From a virus: a DNA stretch of 64,000 nt. Positions 55,523 to 63,850 of this stretch are shown here, in pieces; positions within the stretch are counted from its first letter, which is position 1, and each line of letters begins with the position of its first letter. The notes beneath the pieces are model-generated. The model saw only the letters and a list, made by a program, of their open reading frames with translations, was not told the DNA's origin and made no database searches. A program made the position numbers and the translations under genes. Location of the stretch: positions 64,001-128,000 of IMG/VR virus record IMGVR_UViG_3300042923_001106. One strand, 5' to 3'.

Positions 55523-57019
55523 ATCGCAGAATATATCAAAGAGTTTGTTGACCCGTCTGGAGTTCATGAATCCTTATTCGTAGGGTATTTATGGAAAACT
55601 CCAAGTCTATACTCTAAATATAAAGTCCATAAAACAGAGAAGGACACATTTACAAAACCAGTATGGTATTTTTACTATTATATAGGAAAAGAAATGTATG
55701 AGAATGGTATGCGTACTTTTGACGACGCTTCTGTTTATTCATATCTTACTTCGAAGCCGAAAGAAAATGGAAAAAAATCATACTTTGAATATTACAACGA
55801 ACACGGTGGATGGTCCACTATTGAAGAGATCTTAAATGAATGTGATCCAGATAAAGGGAATGTAGACTATCATTTTAGTGAAGTTCAAAAATATGAAAGT
55901 TTGCGTATGTTTCAAAAGGAAGGCTTTATCAATGTACTGAGTTCGGATTTGATCAGCAAATTAACAAACATGAATCTGATCCAACTACAGCAATTCATGC
56001 AACTCAAGGTTAAGTCTGGATTCTCACAAGTGAATTCTGGGGAAATAGTTATCTCGTATTTGGGCGATGATCTAAGTGAGACCATTAAAGAATTAAAAAA
56101 TGGAGAACAGGCAGGAATTCCTTTATTTGAATCACCAAGACTCAATAGAAAAATAAACGGACAAAAACTAGGGAATTTAAATTACTTGATATTGCCTTCA
56201 GGTGTAGGTAAATCAAGTATATTGACAGAGAAAGCGGTAATGAGTCTATATGAAAATGACGAAAAAGGAATCATTTTTGCTAACGAGGAGGGGATAAAAC
56301 GTTGGAGATCCAGACTGCTTGTTACTGTGGCAGCAAGGGTATTAAAAAAGCCGGTCGCAAGAGACGTTGTTAATCGAGGATTTGGTGACGAGGTTGAGGC
56401 GATTCTGCATGAAGCAAGAGAATGGATTGAATCGCATCGAAAAGAGAACATACTCTTTATCAATCTAAAGAAATATAGAATCCAAGACGTAATAAGTAAT
56501 ATTGAATTGTATAGGCCAAAGGGATACAAACACATATATTTTGATACTTTTAAACCTGATTTAACGCAGCAGATTGAAAGATGGTTGGCATTTTCTAATT
56601 CAGCGCAATATTTGTATGACACTATAAAAGACGATGCCTACAATTGTCATTGTCTAGCTACTGTACAATTAAAAATTGGTAAAGAATTTAGATACATTGA
56701 TCTTGATTGTATCGGAAAATCGGTCGAAATCTCAGAGGTCGGTGCTGTAATAATGGCCGGACGCTTAATGTTTGATGATGAATATAAAGTAGAAGGACAC
56801 AAAAACAGGCTTAATCCGTACAATTGGGAGAAGGATGAACTCAACGGAAAGTGGTTTAAGAAAGAGTATAGACTTGATCCAGAGAAAAAATATCTAATTC
56901 TCTTCCTGCCAAAAAATCGTGAAGGGAGTGAAGATGAGCAGATCATCTTTGAAGTGAATTATGATTTTAACATATGGAGAGAAGTATCTCTAGTCCAAGT
57001 ACCAAACAATGGAAGGTAA
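55523..57019 (+). CDS. DnaB-like replicative helicase; probable ATC start 57 codons upstream of the track ATG
   Basis: Walker A LPSGVGKSS, YFDTFK, ATVQL; open frame from ATC 55523 after AGGAGGGG, with an in-frame TAA just upstream. Confidence 0.85.
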   Translation: MAEYIKEFVDPSGVHESLFVGYLWKTPSLYSKYKVHKTEKDTFTKPVWYFYYYIGKEMYENGMRTFDDASVYSYLTSKPKENGKKSYFEYYNEHGGWSTIEEILNECDPDKGNVDYHFSEVQKYESLRMFQKEGFINVLSSDLISKLTNMNLIQLQQFMQLKVKSGFSQVNSGEIVISYLGDDLSETIKELKNGEQAGIPLFESPRLNRKINGQKLGNLNYLILPSGVGKSSILTEKAVMSLYENDEKGIIFANEEGIKRWRSRLLVTVAARVLKKPVARDVVNRGFGDEVEAILHEAREWIESHRKENILFINLKKYRIQDVISNIELYRPKGYKHIYFDTFKPDLTQQIERWLAFSNSAQYLYDTIKDDAYNCHCLATVQLKIGKEFRYIDLDCIGKSVEISEVGAVIMAGRLMFDDEYKVEGHKNRLNPYNWEKDELNGKWFKKEYRLDPEKKYLILFLPKNREGSEDEQIIFEVNYDFNIWREVSLVQVPNNGR

Positions 57020-57036
57020 TCCTCTAAGGGAGGAGC

Positions 57037-58116
57037 ATGATGAGTGATGTTCTAACAGAAATAAGAAAAAAATTGTTACAAGATGACAATATACATACAT
57101 TGCTTGAAAAGGCAGAGTGTGAAAATATAAAACGTCGAAGCAACAGGTATGAAGCAACGTTGCCAAGCAGGTTTAATTCAGATAACGATAGAGCCGTGCA
57201 AGTGTATTTAAATGAATCAATAACCTGTAAAATAAGAAGTCGAACCTTTTTAGGAAAAGGTATTTATGACTTAATTTCATATATTGTATTTGGATGTATA
57301 GAAATAAAAGAAATAAATAAATGCCTTCCGAAATCAAAAAGATGGATTTGTGAGCAATTGGGTTTTTTTGAGTATCTAAATAACTCATGGTATCATGAAA
57401 AGCCAAAGGAAGACCCGTTAAAATGGTTAAAAGATTTAAAGAGGAAACGAAACAAGGAAATTAAGATAATTGAAAATACCGTGCTAGATGATACTGTATT
57501 TAATCAGTACATTATGTATCCTTACATTAATTATTTGAAAGAAGGCATCGACTATAACACGCAGCTCGAGTTTCAAATCGGTCTTGACCTAGTTAGTGAA
57601 CGCGTAATCTTTCCTATACATAATAAATACGGAGACTTGATTGGAATAAAGGGTAGAACTCTAGATCCAGATTACAAAACTAAAAAAATCCCGAAGTTTA
57701 TGCATTTATATAATGTAAATATGATTTCCGAGCTGTACAACTGGCATCGCGCGCTTTACTACATAATGGAGCAGAAAGAAATCATATTTTACGAAGCTGA
57801 AAAAACTTGCTGGCTAAGTACTCAATGGGGATATAGAAATTGCGTTGCTTTGGGGAGCAGTGAGATAACCGAGTGGCATGTCCAGATGGTCAAGGAACTT
57901 GGCTTAGATATCCGAATCGTGTTGGGTTACGACAAAGATAAGGAAGCAAAGGAAATAAAGGAAGCAGCTAAGATGTTTGGATTCACTCACTCAATCAACG
58001 TTATGTGGGATGGGAGGAATGCATTTTCTGCAGAGAAGAAGCACTCTCCAACGGATTTAGGCAAAGATGCATTTGACCAACTATACAATGACAGGTATAA
58101 ATACAAAATAACATGA
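57037..58116 (+). CDS. DNA primase (TOPRIM), SPbeta yorJ-like
   Basis: RVIFPI, IGIKGR, IIFYEAEK, VLGYDKD, D.TD motifs. Confidence 0.85.
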   Translation: MMSDVLTEIRKKLLQDDNIHTLLEKAECENIKRRSNRYEATLPSRFNSDNDRAVQVYLNESITCKIRSRTFLGKGIYDLISYIVFGCIEIKEINKCLPKSKRWICEQLGFFEYLNNSWYHEKPKEDPLKWLKDLKRKRNKEIKIIENTVLDDTVFNQYIMYPYINYLKEGIDYNTQLEFQIGLDLVSERVIFPIHNKYGDLIGIKGRTLDPDYKTKKIPKFMHLYNVNMISELYNWHRALYYIMEQKEIIFYEAEKTCWLSTQWGYRNCVALGSSEITEWHVQMVKELGLDIRIVLGYDKDKEAKEIKEAAKMFGFTHSINVMWDGRNAFSAEKKHSPTDLGKDAFDQLYNDRYKYKIT

Positions 58117-58144
58117 CAAATAAAATCGATATTTCATTCAATGG

Positions 58145-58183
58145 TAGCAAGCACAACTTGGAAAATAGTGCTTGCTATTCTTT
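58145..58183 (+). terminator. Intrinsic terminator after the primase
   Basis: TAGCAAGCAC...GTGCTTGCTA-TTCTTT. Confidence 0.65.
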
Positions 58184-58378
58184 GTATCTTGATATAAAAT
58201 AAAAGTATGAAATAAACTAATTGATGAGGAGGCGGACTAAATATTCGATGTTTGTCTGGTGGATCATTGGAATATGTATTTACTTCTGTTTAGTAGTACT
58301 TATCGCAAAATGCTGTGGAGGAAATACAACTTTCGATTATAAAATAAAACATAATAATACATATGGGGAGAATGAGCG

Positions 58379-58711
58379 ATGAAGTTGTATCAATTGGGCA
58401 AAGGGGTATATAAAACTTACCGGGAAACAGTTAAAGGGAATCAAAATATCACTCCACAACAAGCACAAAAGAAATTGACTCGAAACATTATACTGGCTTT
58501 TAAAGTTTCAAAAAGCAATAATGAAAATTTAAAGCAACGGTACTTCTATGGTAACTTGCACATACTCGTAGTTGGAAATAAAATCGTCTGGATCAAAAAT
58601 ATTAAGCAGAATGGCAACTGGTTTTATAAGGATCAGAAAAAGTATGATGAATTGAATGTGCTGCTTGGTATTGAAAATGATTCTGAAACTATTAATCAAA
58701 GAGTCAGTTAA
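58379..58711 (+). CDS. Hypothetical phage protein
   Basis: RBS GGGGAG. Confidence 0.6.
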   Translation: MKLYQLGKGVYKTYRETVKGNQNITPQQAQKKLTRNIILAFKVSKSNNENLKQRYFYGNLHILVVGNKIVWIKNIKQNGNWFYKDQKKYDELNVLLGIENDSETINQRVS

Positions 58712-58726
58712 TAAGAGGGAGAAAAC

Positions 58727-58957
58727 ATGAGTGAGGCACTAAAAAATGCCCTATACGATGTAGTAGAAAAAGCAAAGAAATACGATGCGATTATACATCT
58801 TAGAAAAAATGGAGAAATCCATTGTGATTTTTGCGGTAAGTGTCAATGCGATGTTAAGAAGTTAGTAGCTGGACCAAGAGTTTTTATTTGCGACGAATGC
58901 ATAGAACTATGTGTTGAAGTTATTAAAGAAGAGAAAGTGAATGAGGAAGACAAATAA
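58727..58957 (+). CDS. Stand-alone ClpX-type C4 zinc-finger protein
   Basis: HCDFCGK...[27 protein letters not shown]. Confidence 0.9.
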   Translation: MSEALKNALYDVVEKAKKYDAIIHLRKNGEIHCDFCGKCQCDVKKLVAGPRVFICDECIELCVEVIKEEKVNEEDK

Positions 58958-58999
58958 AATTATGCTTTCATTGAAGAAAGGGGCGCCTATTGGAAAAAT

Positions 59000-59434
59000 A
59001 TGAGGGATACAAGGGAAATTAAATTCCGGGGACGCCGAATTTGCAATGGTGAGTGGGTATACGGTTGGTTGTATTCAATCGTTCCATATGGAAATCCTCA
59101 TGAGCGTGGTTTTATGATCAAAGAGGATATAGGAGACGATTATGAGGTCGATCCCGAATCAGTAGGTCAATATAGCGGCGTTAACGATGACGACAAGGAT
59201 GAAGAGTTATTTTCTGGAGACATCATACAGGTGGGATACGACGGCGAAACGATTGTCTGTGAAGTGATGAGAGAAGGTCCGGGATTCTTGCTGGCATCAG
59301 GCGAATTTGATGACGGATATATCTGGATCAGTGAAATAGTAGAATCGCTTGATGGCAAGTTTTATATACCTGATTCGGAATTGTTGGGAAATCGCTGGGA
59401 GCATCCTCATCTATTAGGAGGGAACCAAGCATGA
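59000..59434 (+). CDS. yopX: YopX-family protein
   Basis: REIKFRG...GEWVYG...VGQYSGVND...LFSGDI...ELLGNRWEHPHLL. Confidence 0.9.
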   Translation: MRDTREIKFRGRRICNGEWVYGWLYSIVPYGNPHERGFMIKEDIGDDYEVDPESVGQYSGVNDDDKDEELFSGDIIQVGYDGETIVCEVMREGPGFLLASGEFDDGYIWISEIVESLDGKFYIPDSELLGNRWEHPHLLGGNQA

Positions 59435-59817
59435 GGATAGACGATATGAAGCCGGGACCGGAATTGAATGCGGAATTTGCGAAAGCACTCGGAAAGCCGA
59501 ATTTGCGCAAATATAACCACTGCTATGTTTGGGACAATGTGGGGTACGTCAACGGAAAACCAGTTGGATCAGTAATGGGAACGATCGATGTTCCAGAATA
59601 CTCCACAACATGGGACGGAATGAGCGAAGTTGTTGGGGAGATGCAACGACGGGGATACAGATATTTGCTCCATGACACTCATAACGGCATATCGCTTGCG
59701 CAGTTTCAAAAATATAATGCAGAATACGAACTGACTGGGTTCGGCAGGAGTGAAGGAAAAACGGCCCCTCACGCTGTAACGTTGGCAGCTATTAGGGCTC
59801 TACAAGGGGAGCAATAA
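59431..59817 (+). CDS. Phage ABA-sandwich (BC1872-like) domain protein
   Basis: GPELNAE.A...PEYST.W.GM..VV..M...APHAV.LAA..A pattern. Confidence 0.6.
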   Translation: MRIDDMKPGPELNAEFAKALGKPNLRKYNHCYVWDNVGYVNGKPVGSVMGTIDVPEYSTTWDGMSEVVGEMQRRGYRYLLHDTHNGISLAQFQKYNAEYELTGFGRSEGKTAPHAVTLAAIRALQGEQ

Positions 59818-59821
59818 ACGT

Positions 59822-59998
59822 ATGAAGACGCTATGTACACGTTGTAAAAAGCCGGTTTATAAAAATCGAAACCACTGGACAGATGTACACGGAAATCGCA
59901 AGCATATTCGCTGCCAAAAAGAAGAAGAACAGGAGCGCCGTGAACGAGATAAAAGAACATCTCGCATGGAGGCTCTACAAGGGGAGGATACCCAATGA
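59822..59998 (+). CDS. Small CxxC...HxxC protein (58 aa, below track cutoff)
   Basis: MKTLCTRCKKP...HIRC...MEALQGEDTQ; bracketed by the 16-bp direct repeat. Confidence 0.5.
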   Translation: MKTLCTRCKKPVYKNRNHWTDVHGNRKHIRCQKEEEQERRERDKRTSRMEALQGEDTQ

Positions 59999-60222
59999 GT
60001 AAAAAAGGCGGAGATATACTTTGTGATCTCTGGAGCCGAGTCGATCAAGCGGATTTTGACACCATGATTACGGAAGCATTCAAGAAGATTCCTACGAAAA
60101 TCCAAAAGAAATTCATTGCAGAAATTCTTGAAAATAATATTTGGGATTTGAACGGAAAGCCTGATGATAGAACTTTATCCGAGTGCTGGGAATTTGTTGA
60201 TGCAGGGGAGGATACCCGATGA
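59995..60222 (+). CDS. Hypothetical protein
   Basis: ATGA-coupled at junction motif 2. Confidence 0.6.
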   Translation: MSKKGGDILCDLWSRVDQADFDTMITEAFKKIPTKIQKKFIAEILENNIWDLNGKPDDRTLSECWEFVDAGEDTR

Positions 60223-60416
60223 ATAACTGTGGAGTATGCAATCATCACTTAGACATCAACCATGCCCAATTAAGACGATTCGAATTGGATGGGACTCTTA
60301 CGCCGTACCATATGGGTTGTGAGGGTGAGGCGCGGAAACTTAAGCCTTGTGTAGACTGCGGCCAACATCGACTATTATGCAGCGATTGTGCAGAGGTAGG
60401 GGAGGATACCCAATGA
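60219..60416 (+). CDS. Cys-rich hypothetical protein
   Basis: ATGA-coupled at junction motif 2. Confidence 0.55.
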   Translation: MNNCGVCNHHLDINHAQLRRFELDGTLTPYHMGCEGEARKLKPCVDCGQHRLLCSDCAEVGEDTQ

Positions 60417-60610
60417 ATATTATACCAATCATCAGAAATGAAAGAGGTAGCCTGACGCTTAATAGGGCTGATTTGGATATCATCATTGGTCAGATTATTG
60501 ATATATGCAGAACAGAAAAGGAACTGGAATGGGTTCAAGATCAATTAATAGGCTGCATTGAATCCATGGTGGAAGGAAAATTGGAAGAGTTGGAGGATAC
60601 CCAACCATGA
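60413..60610 (+). CDS. Hypothetical protein
   Basis: ATG 60413 at junction motif 2 (track start 60347 is too early). Confidence 0.55.
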   Translation: MNIIPIIRNERGSLTLNRADLDIIIGQIIDICRTEKELEWVQDQLIGCIESMVEGKLEELEDTQP

Positions 60611-60810
60611 AATACGCGATAAAGTTCCAAGGCGAATATATGCGCCAAAGATACGGATCAGATTGCTTTACCGACGATCTTGGTTTCGCTGTCCTATTCG
60701 ATTCTCGGGAAGAAGCTGTATCCGAACTTTTCGGTGATGAGCATGTCGTTGAAATACAAGAAGACGAAGAAGGCGGAATCTGGGAGGATACAGCAAATGG
60801 AATGGATTAA
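60607..60810 (+). CDS. Hypothetical protein
   Basis: ATGA-coupled. Confidence 0.55.
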   Translation: MKYAIKFQGEYMRQRYGSDCFTDDLGFAVLFDSREEAVSELFGDEHVVEIQEDEEGGIWEDTANGMD

Positions 60811-61114
60811 TTGCAGCGACAGAATGCCGGAACCGGCTCAACGTGTACTTGCAGTATTCCCAACAGGGTATAAGGGTGTCAGGCATATTTCCTTAGTCAT
60901 TTACGTTCCGGCCAAATCAGTAAAGGCGGAAGATTTGTGGGACGACGACAGTGATTGTGTTGAATACGACGAAGAGAAGGATTGCTTCTACGTCGAAGAA
61001 GGTTGGTATGAATCGTCTTACGAGTCGGAAAAGGATTGGCGTTTGAATTACGAGGTAACTCACTGGATGCCATTACCTCATGTTCCAGTGGCACAAGGGG
61101 AGGATAAAGGGTGA
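60797..61114 (+). CDS. DUF551-like phage protein
   Basis: MEWINCSDRMPE...VTHWMPLP. Confidence 0.8.
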   Translation: MEWINCSDRMPEPAQRVLAVFPTGYKGVRHISLVIYVPAKSVKAEDLWDDDSDCVEYDEEKDCFYVEEGWYESSYESEKDWRLNYEVTHWMPLPHVPVAQGEDKG

Positions 61115-61371
61115 AACAGCCAAACATAAAAATATTCGGAAAAACTCATAAAGTCGTTCAAATCGAATTTAACGACGATGGCTTAATCCAAAAGATCATA
61201 TATAAGGCAAATCAACACAATAACAGAATAGTATTCCGACGAGACGATATGGTGGATGAATCGCTCGTACGGAAATACAAAATCCACGAGCCAACAAATC
61301 ATCCATACCACAACTATGCTCATGCGCCTGATCTGGAGTCTTTATTGGTACAAGGGGAGGATACCCAATGA
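61111..61371 (+). CDS. Hypothetical phage protein
   Basis: GTGA-coupled; ends QGEDTQ. Confidence 0.6.
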   Translation: MKQPNIKIFGKTHKVVQIEFNDDGLIQKIIYKANQHNNRIVFRRDDMVDESLVRKYKIHEPTNHPYHNYAHAPDLESLLVQGEDTQ

Positions 61372-61633
61372 AGCGTGAACTGATTATATCCGGTTCGGTA
61401 GAAAAATGTTGGGCTTGCAAGGGTCGAGGATATTCGGGATCTGAAAACCATCCCGAATGCGTAGTTTGTAGTGGATATGGTTGGTTGCCGAAGGGAGAAG
61501 AAGATGCCGAGACGCCATCCAGATGAAGTTAAGCAAAAATGCGGACGATGCAGCCGAGAGAGATACGAACTCGTTAAATGTGGCGGAATATATGTATGTT
61601 GGAACTGCTGCAACTACCTAAAAAAGTCGGGGG

Positions 61634-61990
61634 ATGATACCCATGGAACCAGTAAGTAATGCTGATAAGTTGAGAGATAAAGCACCGGAAGATATAGACG
61701 ATGTCCTATCCGAACTCGAAGACTTGAGCAAATTTTGGAAAGAGGCAATGAGGGAGCAAGCCGAGGAATATATTGAATCTCTCCAATCCATACAGCAGGA
61801 AAGGGATAAACTGCTTCGCAAACTGAACTATAAAGACTTGATTATCTCAAATGCGGTGGAATTAGTTGAGGATCGAGAAAAAGTGCTTTCGGAATTGCGA
61901 CCATTCGTTTCACCAGAGCATCAAAAATTAATAGATTCAGTGGTGGACAACGGGAGTTTCAATGTCGGAGTAGGGGAGGAAAGGACATGA
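61634..61990 (+). CDS. Coiled-coil hypothetical protein
   Basis: Start probably ATG 61643. Confidence 0.55.
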   Translation: MIPMEPVSNADKLRDKAPEDIDDVLSELEDLSKFWKEAMREQAEEYIESLQSIQQERDKLLRKLNYKDLIISNAVELVEDREKVLSELRPFVSPEHQKLIDSVVDNGSFNVGVGEERT

Positions 61991-62253
61991 CCGAATTGAC
62001 GGAACAGCGAAAACGGGAGATCGCTGAGATGGCCCGGAGGGATTTAAACGCTCATGCATGGTTATGCGAACAAGAGCAGGAAGAATATGCCACTGAGGTT
62101 CTTTCCCTCCAACAACAGGTAAACACGCTGACGAAACAGATTGAGGCAGCGTTAACCGATTTGGAAGCATATAAACCTTTAACGGCTATAGTCGTCCTTA
62201 AAAGTGCCATACAGTCTATAAAGGAATCCCCGAGGGAGGAGCAAGGGAAATGA
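61987..62253 (+). CDS. Hypothetical protein
   Basis: ATGA-coupled. Confidence 0.55.
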   Translation: MTELTEQRKREIAEMARRDLNAHAWLCEQEQEEYATEVLSLQQQVNTLTKQIEAALTDLEAYKPLTAIVVLKSAIQSIKESPREEQGK

Positions 62254-62516
62254 TTAAATTGACATATTTTGAAGGTGACGCGCTGTATATTGCGCCAGAT
62301 CGAATTATCGCCGTTTATGATGATATTTCCGCGACAACGATAAGTTGCGGTGGAGAACTTTTCAGCGTGGAAGAAAAGCCAGAAGAAGTAGTACGCAAGA
62401 TCATGGATTACAAACTGGCTATGATTGAATACCGTTCGAAATTCCAAAACAATAAATCTGTTGCTGACATATTGTGGGGAATGAATAAACTGGCCGGATT
62501 GGAGCAGACCCCATGA
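62250..62516 (+). CDS. FlbD/SwrD-like protein
   Basis: MIKLT..G...YI.PD.I..V......T.I..G....V.EKPEEVV.KI..YK pattern. Confidence 0.65.
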   Translation: MIKLTYFEGDALYIAPDRIIAVYDDISATTISCGGELFSVEEKPEEVVRKIMDYKLAMIEYRSKFQNNKSVADILWGMNKLAGLEQTP

Positions 62517-62917
62517 TAGTACGAATCACATTTGGCGACCGAGTAATGATGTTTGGAGATAGCTATAAGCCGTGGCACATGCAGATGGACGAATATATGC
62601 GGCGATGTGCAGAAGGATTGCCAAGACCGGAAAGGGTTGAAGTATCAAAATCAAAGTGGATCGGGTGGGGTGGCTTAAAGTGGTGTTCATCGGATAACTT
62701 TCAGCATGAGTTGAACCGTGAAGGGTGCCAAGAAAGCGATCCAGACAATTCTCGGCCACGTAAATACGCTGATATGGAGTTTGCTCCGGCAAAAGGAAAG
62801 GTGTTGGGGAAAGTATACGATGCATGGGAGTCTGGTCAGCGATTGATGAAAATCGGGAAATTAAATGATGAAGAATATAGGTTGTATCAGCGCGGAGAAT
62901 TGAAAATAACTGTCTAG
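62513..62917 (+). CDS. Hypothetical phage protein
   Basis: ATGA-coupled. Confidence 0.6.
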   Translation: MIVRITFGDRVMMFGDSYKPWHMQMDEYMRRCAEGLPRPERVEVSKSKWIGWGGLKWCSSDNFQHELNREGCQESDPDNSRPRKYADMEFAPAKGKVLGKVYDAWESGQRLMKIGKLNDEEYRLYQRGELKITV

Positions 62918-62948
62918 GCCCAATAGGGGATAAAGGGAGAGAAAATGA

Positions 62949-63137
62949 ATGGCTAAATATGTGTTTTTTGCATCGACTGGGTATGTTGGATCAAGCCGTG
63001 AAGAAACTGTAGAAATTCCGGACGAGGAACTTGAGGGCATGTCTGAGAACGAACAAACTGCGTACGTTGATAAAAATTATTATCAGGATTGGTTGGCGGG
63101 AAACACTGAATTATCATTTTGGAAAGTCGACGAGTAA
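62949..63137 (+). CDS. Small acidic phage protein
   Basis: RBS GGGAG; STGYVGS.REE.VEI pattern. Confidence 0.6.
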   Translation: MAKYVFFASTGYVGSSREETVEIPDEELEGMSENEQTAYVDKNYYQDWLAGNTELSFWKVDE

Positions 63138-63461
63138 AGGAGAATCCCCATGGAACAGATAGAGGGGTAGAAGGGTAACGTACCTATAACCCCCTTTATC
63201 GGCCCCCACTTCGTTAAGCGGATTCGGTCGAGTCGTAGGATTAGTCAAAGGACGAAAGATGAACACCAATACAATGCGAGAAACTGCCGCAAGGGCTACG
63301 ATGTGTGTACTGCAAAACAATGGAAAAGAATAAGTTAGCGAAAGCAAAAAGTTGGTTTGGACAAGGGGAATACAATGTTAATTTGATGATTTCCGCTGGG
63401 GTAATAACGGAATATCGAATTCTACAAATGTACGAAAAAGAAGTAGAAGGCAAGTAGCATT

Positions 63462-63644
63462 TTGAATAATTTGTCCGTAAGGGGTGAAACAGGGATGGAT
63501 GAAAAGAAGTGTCCTAACGAGTGTGGAGATTTAGAAAATGTTAGAGGTCATATCGAAACGAATGACGGAAGAACGTATTTCAAAGTGGATATTTTATATT
63601 GTCCTGATTGTCATTACATTCAAAACGTAGATGCCAACTTGTAA
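63462..63644 (+). CDS. Zinc-ribbon protein
   Basis: CPNECG...CPDC; start probably ATG 63495. Confidence 0.45.
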   Translation: MNNLSVRGETGMDEKKCPNECGDLENVRGHIETNDGRTYFKVDILYCPDCHYIQNVDANL

Positions 63645-63667
63645 CATTTTGAAAAGGCGGTGTAGAT

Positions 63668-63850
63668 GTGGAATTTAAGTATTTACCTCTTGATTTTTAC
63701 TCGGTGGATTATTGGAAGGGGCGGATTGAAAAATCGTCCTCTACAAAATATGAATTTGTAGTAGATCATACTGAGTTAGTGTTAGAGCAAAATGTTAGTC
63801 CAACTGAGAAATTAAAGGCGATTCAAGCGCTTATTAATGCAACAAAATGA
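63668..63850 (+). CDS. Hypothetical protein
   Basis: RBS AAGGCGGTG. Confidence 0.45.
   Translation: MEFKYLPLDFYSVDYWKGRIEKSSSTKYEFVVDHTELVLEQNVSPTEKLKAIQALINATK

Larger units (their letters stand above)
1255..58971. repeat. Dispersed 18-bp palindromic gene-junction motif ATRAAA-N6-TTTYAT
   Basis: Exact copies start at 2222, 4478, 7001, 7225, 12389, 13860, 14417, 14762, 15171, 15399, 15907, 16935, 18269, 18587, 18920, 19438, 20373, 21019, 22399, 26102, 26307, 26953, 27425, 32788, 37741, 40116, 41160, 41968, 43689, 45331, 50049, 53460, 58120, 58954. Near-matches start at 1255, 3238, 3546, 3726, 11803, 14203, 16194, 17949 (N7), 22858, 23192, 23796, 25523, 26801, 35887, 40848, 42171, 42739, 43186, 45064, 46777, 47360, 47716, 48289. 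All lie at gene boundaries. Confidence 0.95.
59796..62516 (+). repeat. Second gene-junction motif (CAA)GGGGAGGATACCCRATGA
   Basis: Full copies at 59981, 60205, 60399, 61354; variants at about 59806, 60592, 60782, 61097, 61629, 61973, 62234, 62500; 16-bp direct repeat GGCTCTACAAGGGGAG at 59796 and 59971. Confidence 0.9.

Noticed and set aside
1255-58971. CRISPR array or classical integron attC interpretation of the dispersed repeat
   Set aside because: Repeats are 18 bp, separated by whole genes and internally variable, unlike CRISPR. They lack the GTTRRRY/RYYYAAC cores and long imperfect stems of attC, and no IntI is present.
1255-58971. Junction motif as rho-independent terminators
   Set aside because: The stems are almost all A/U, only 6 bp, with no consistent U-tract. 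True GC-rich terminators occur separately (29978, 58145).
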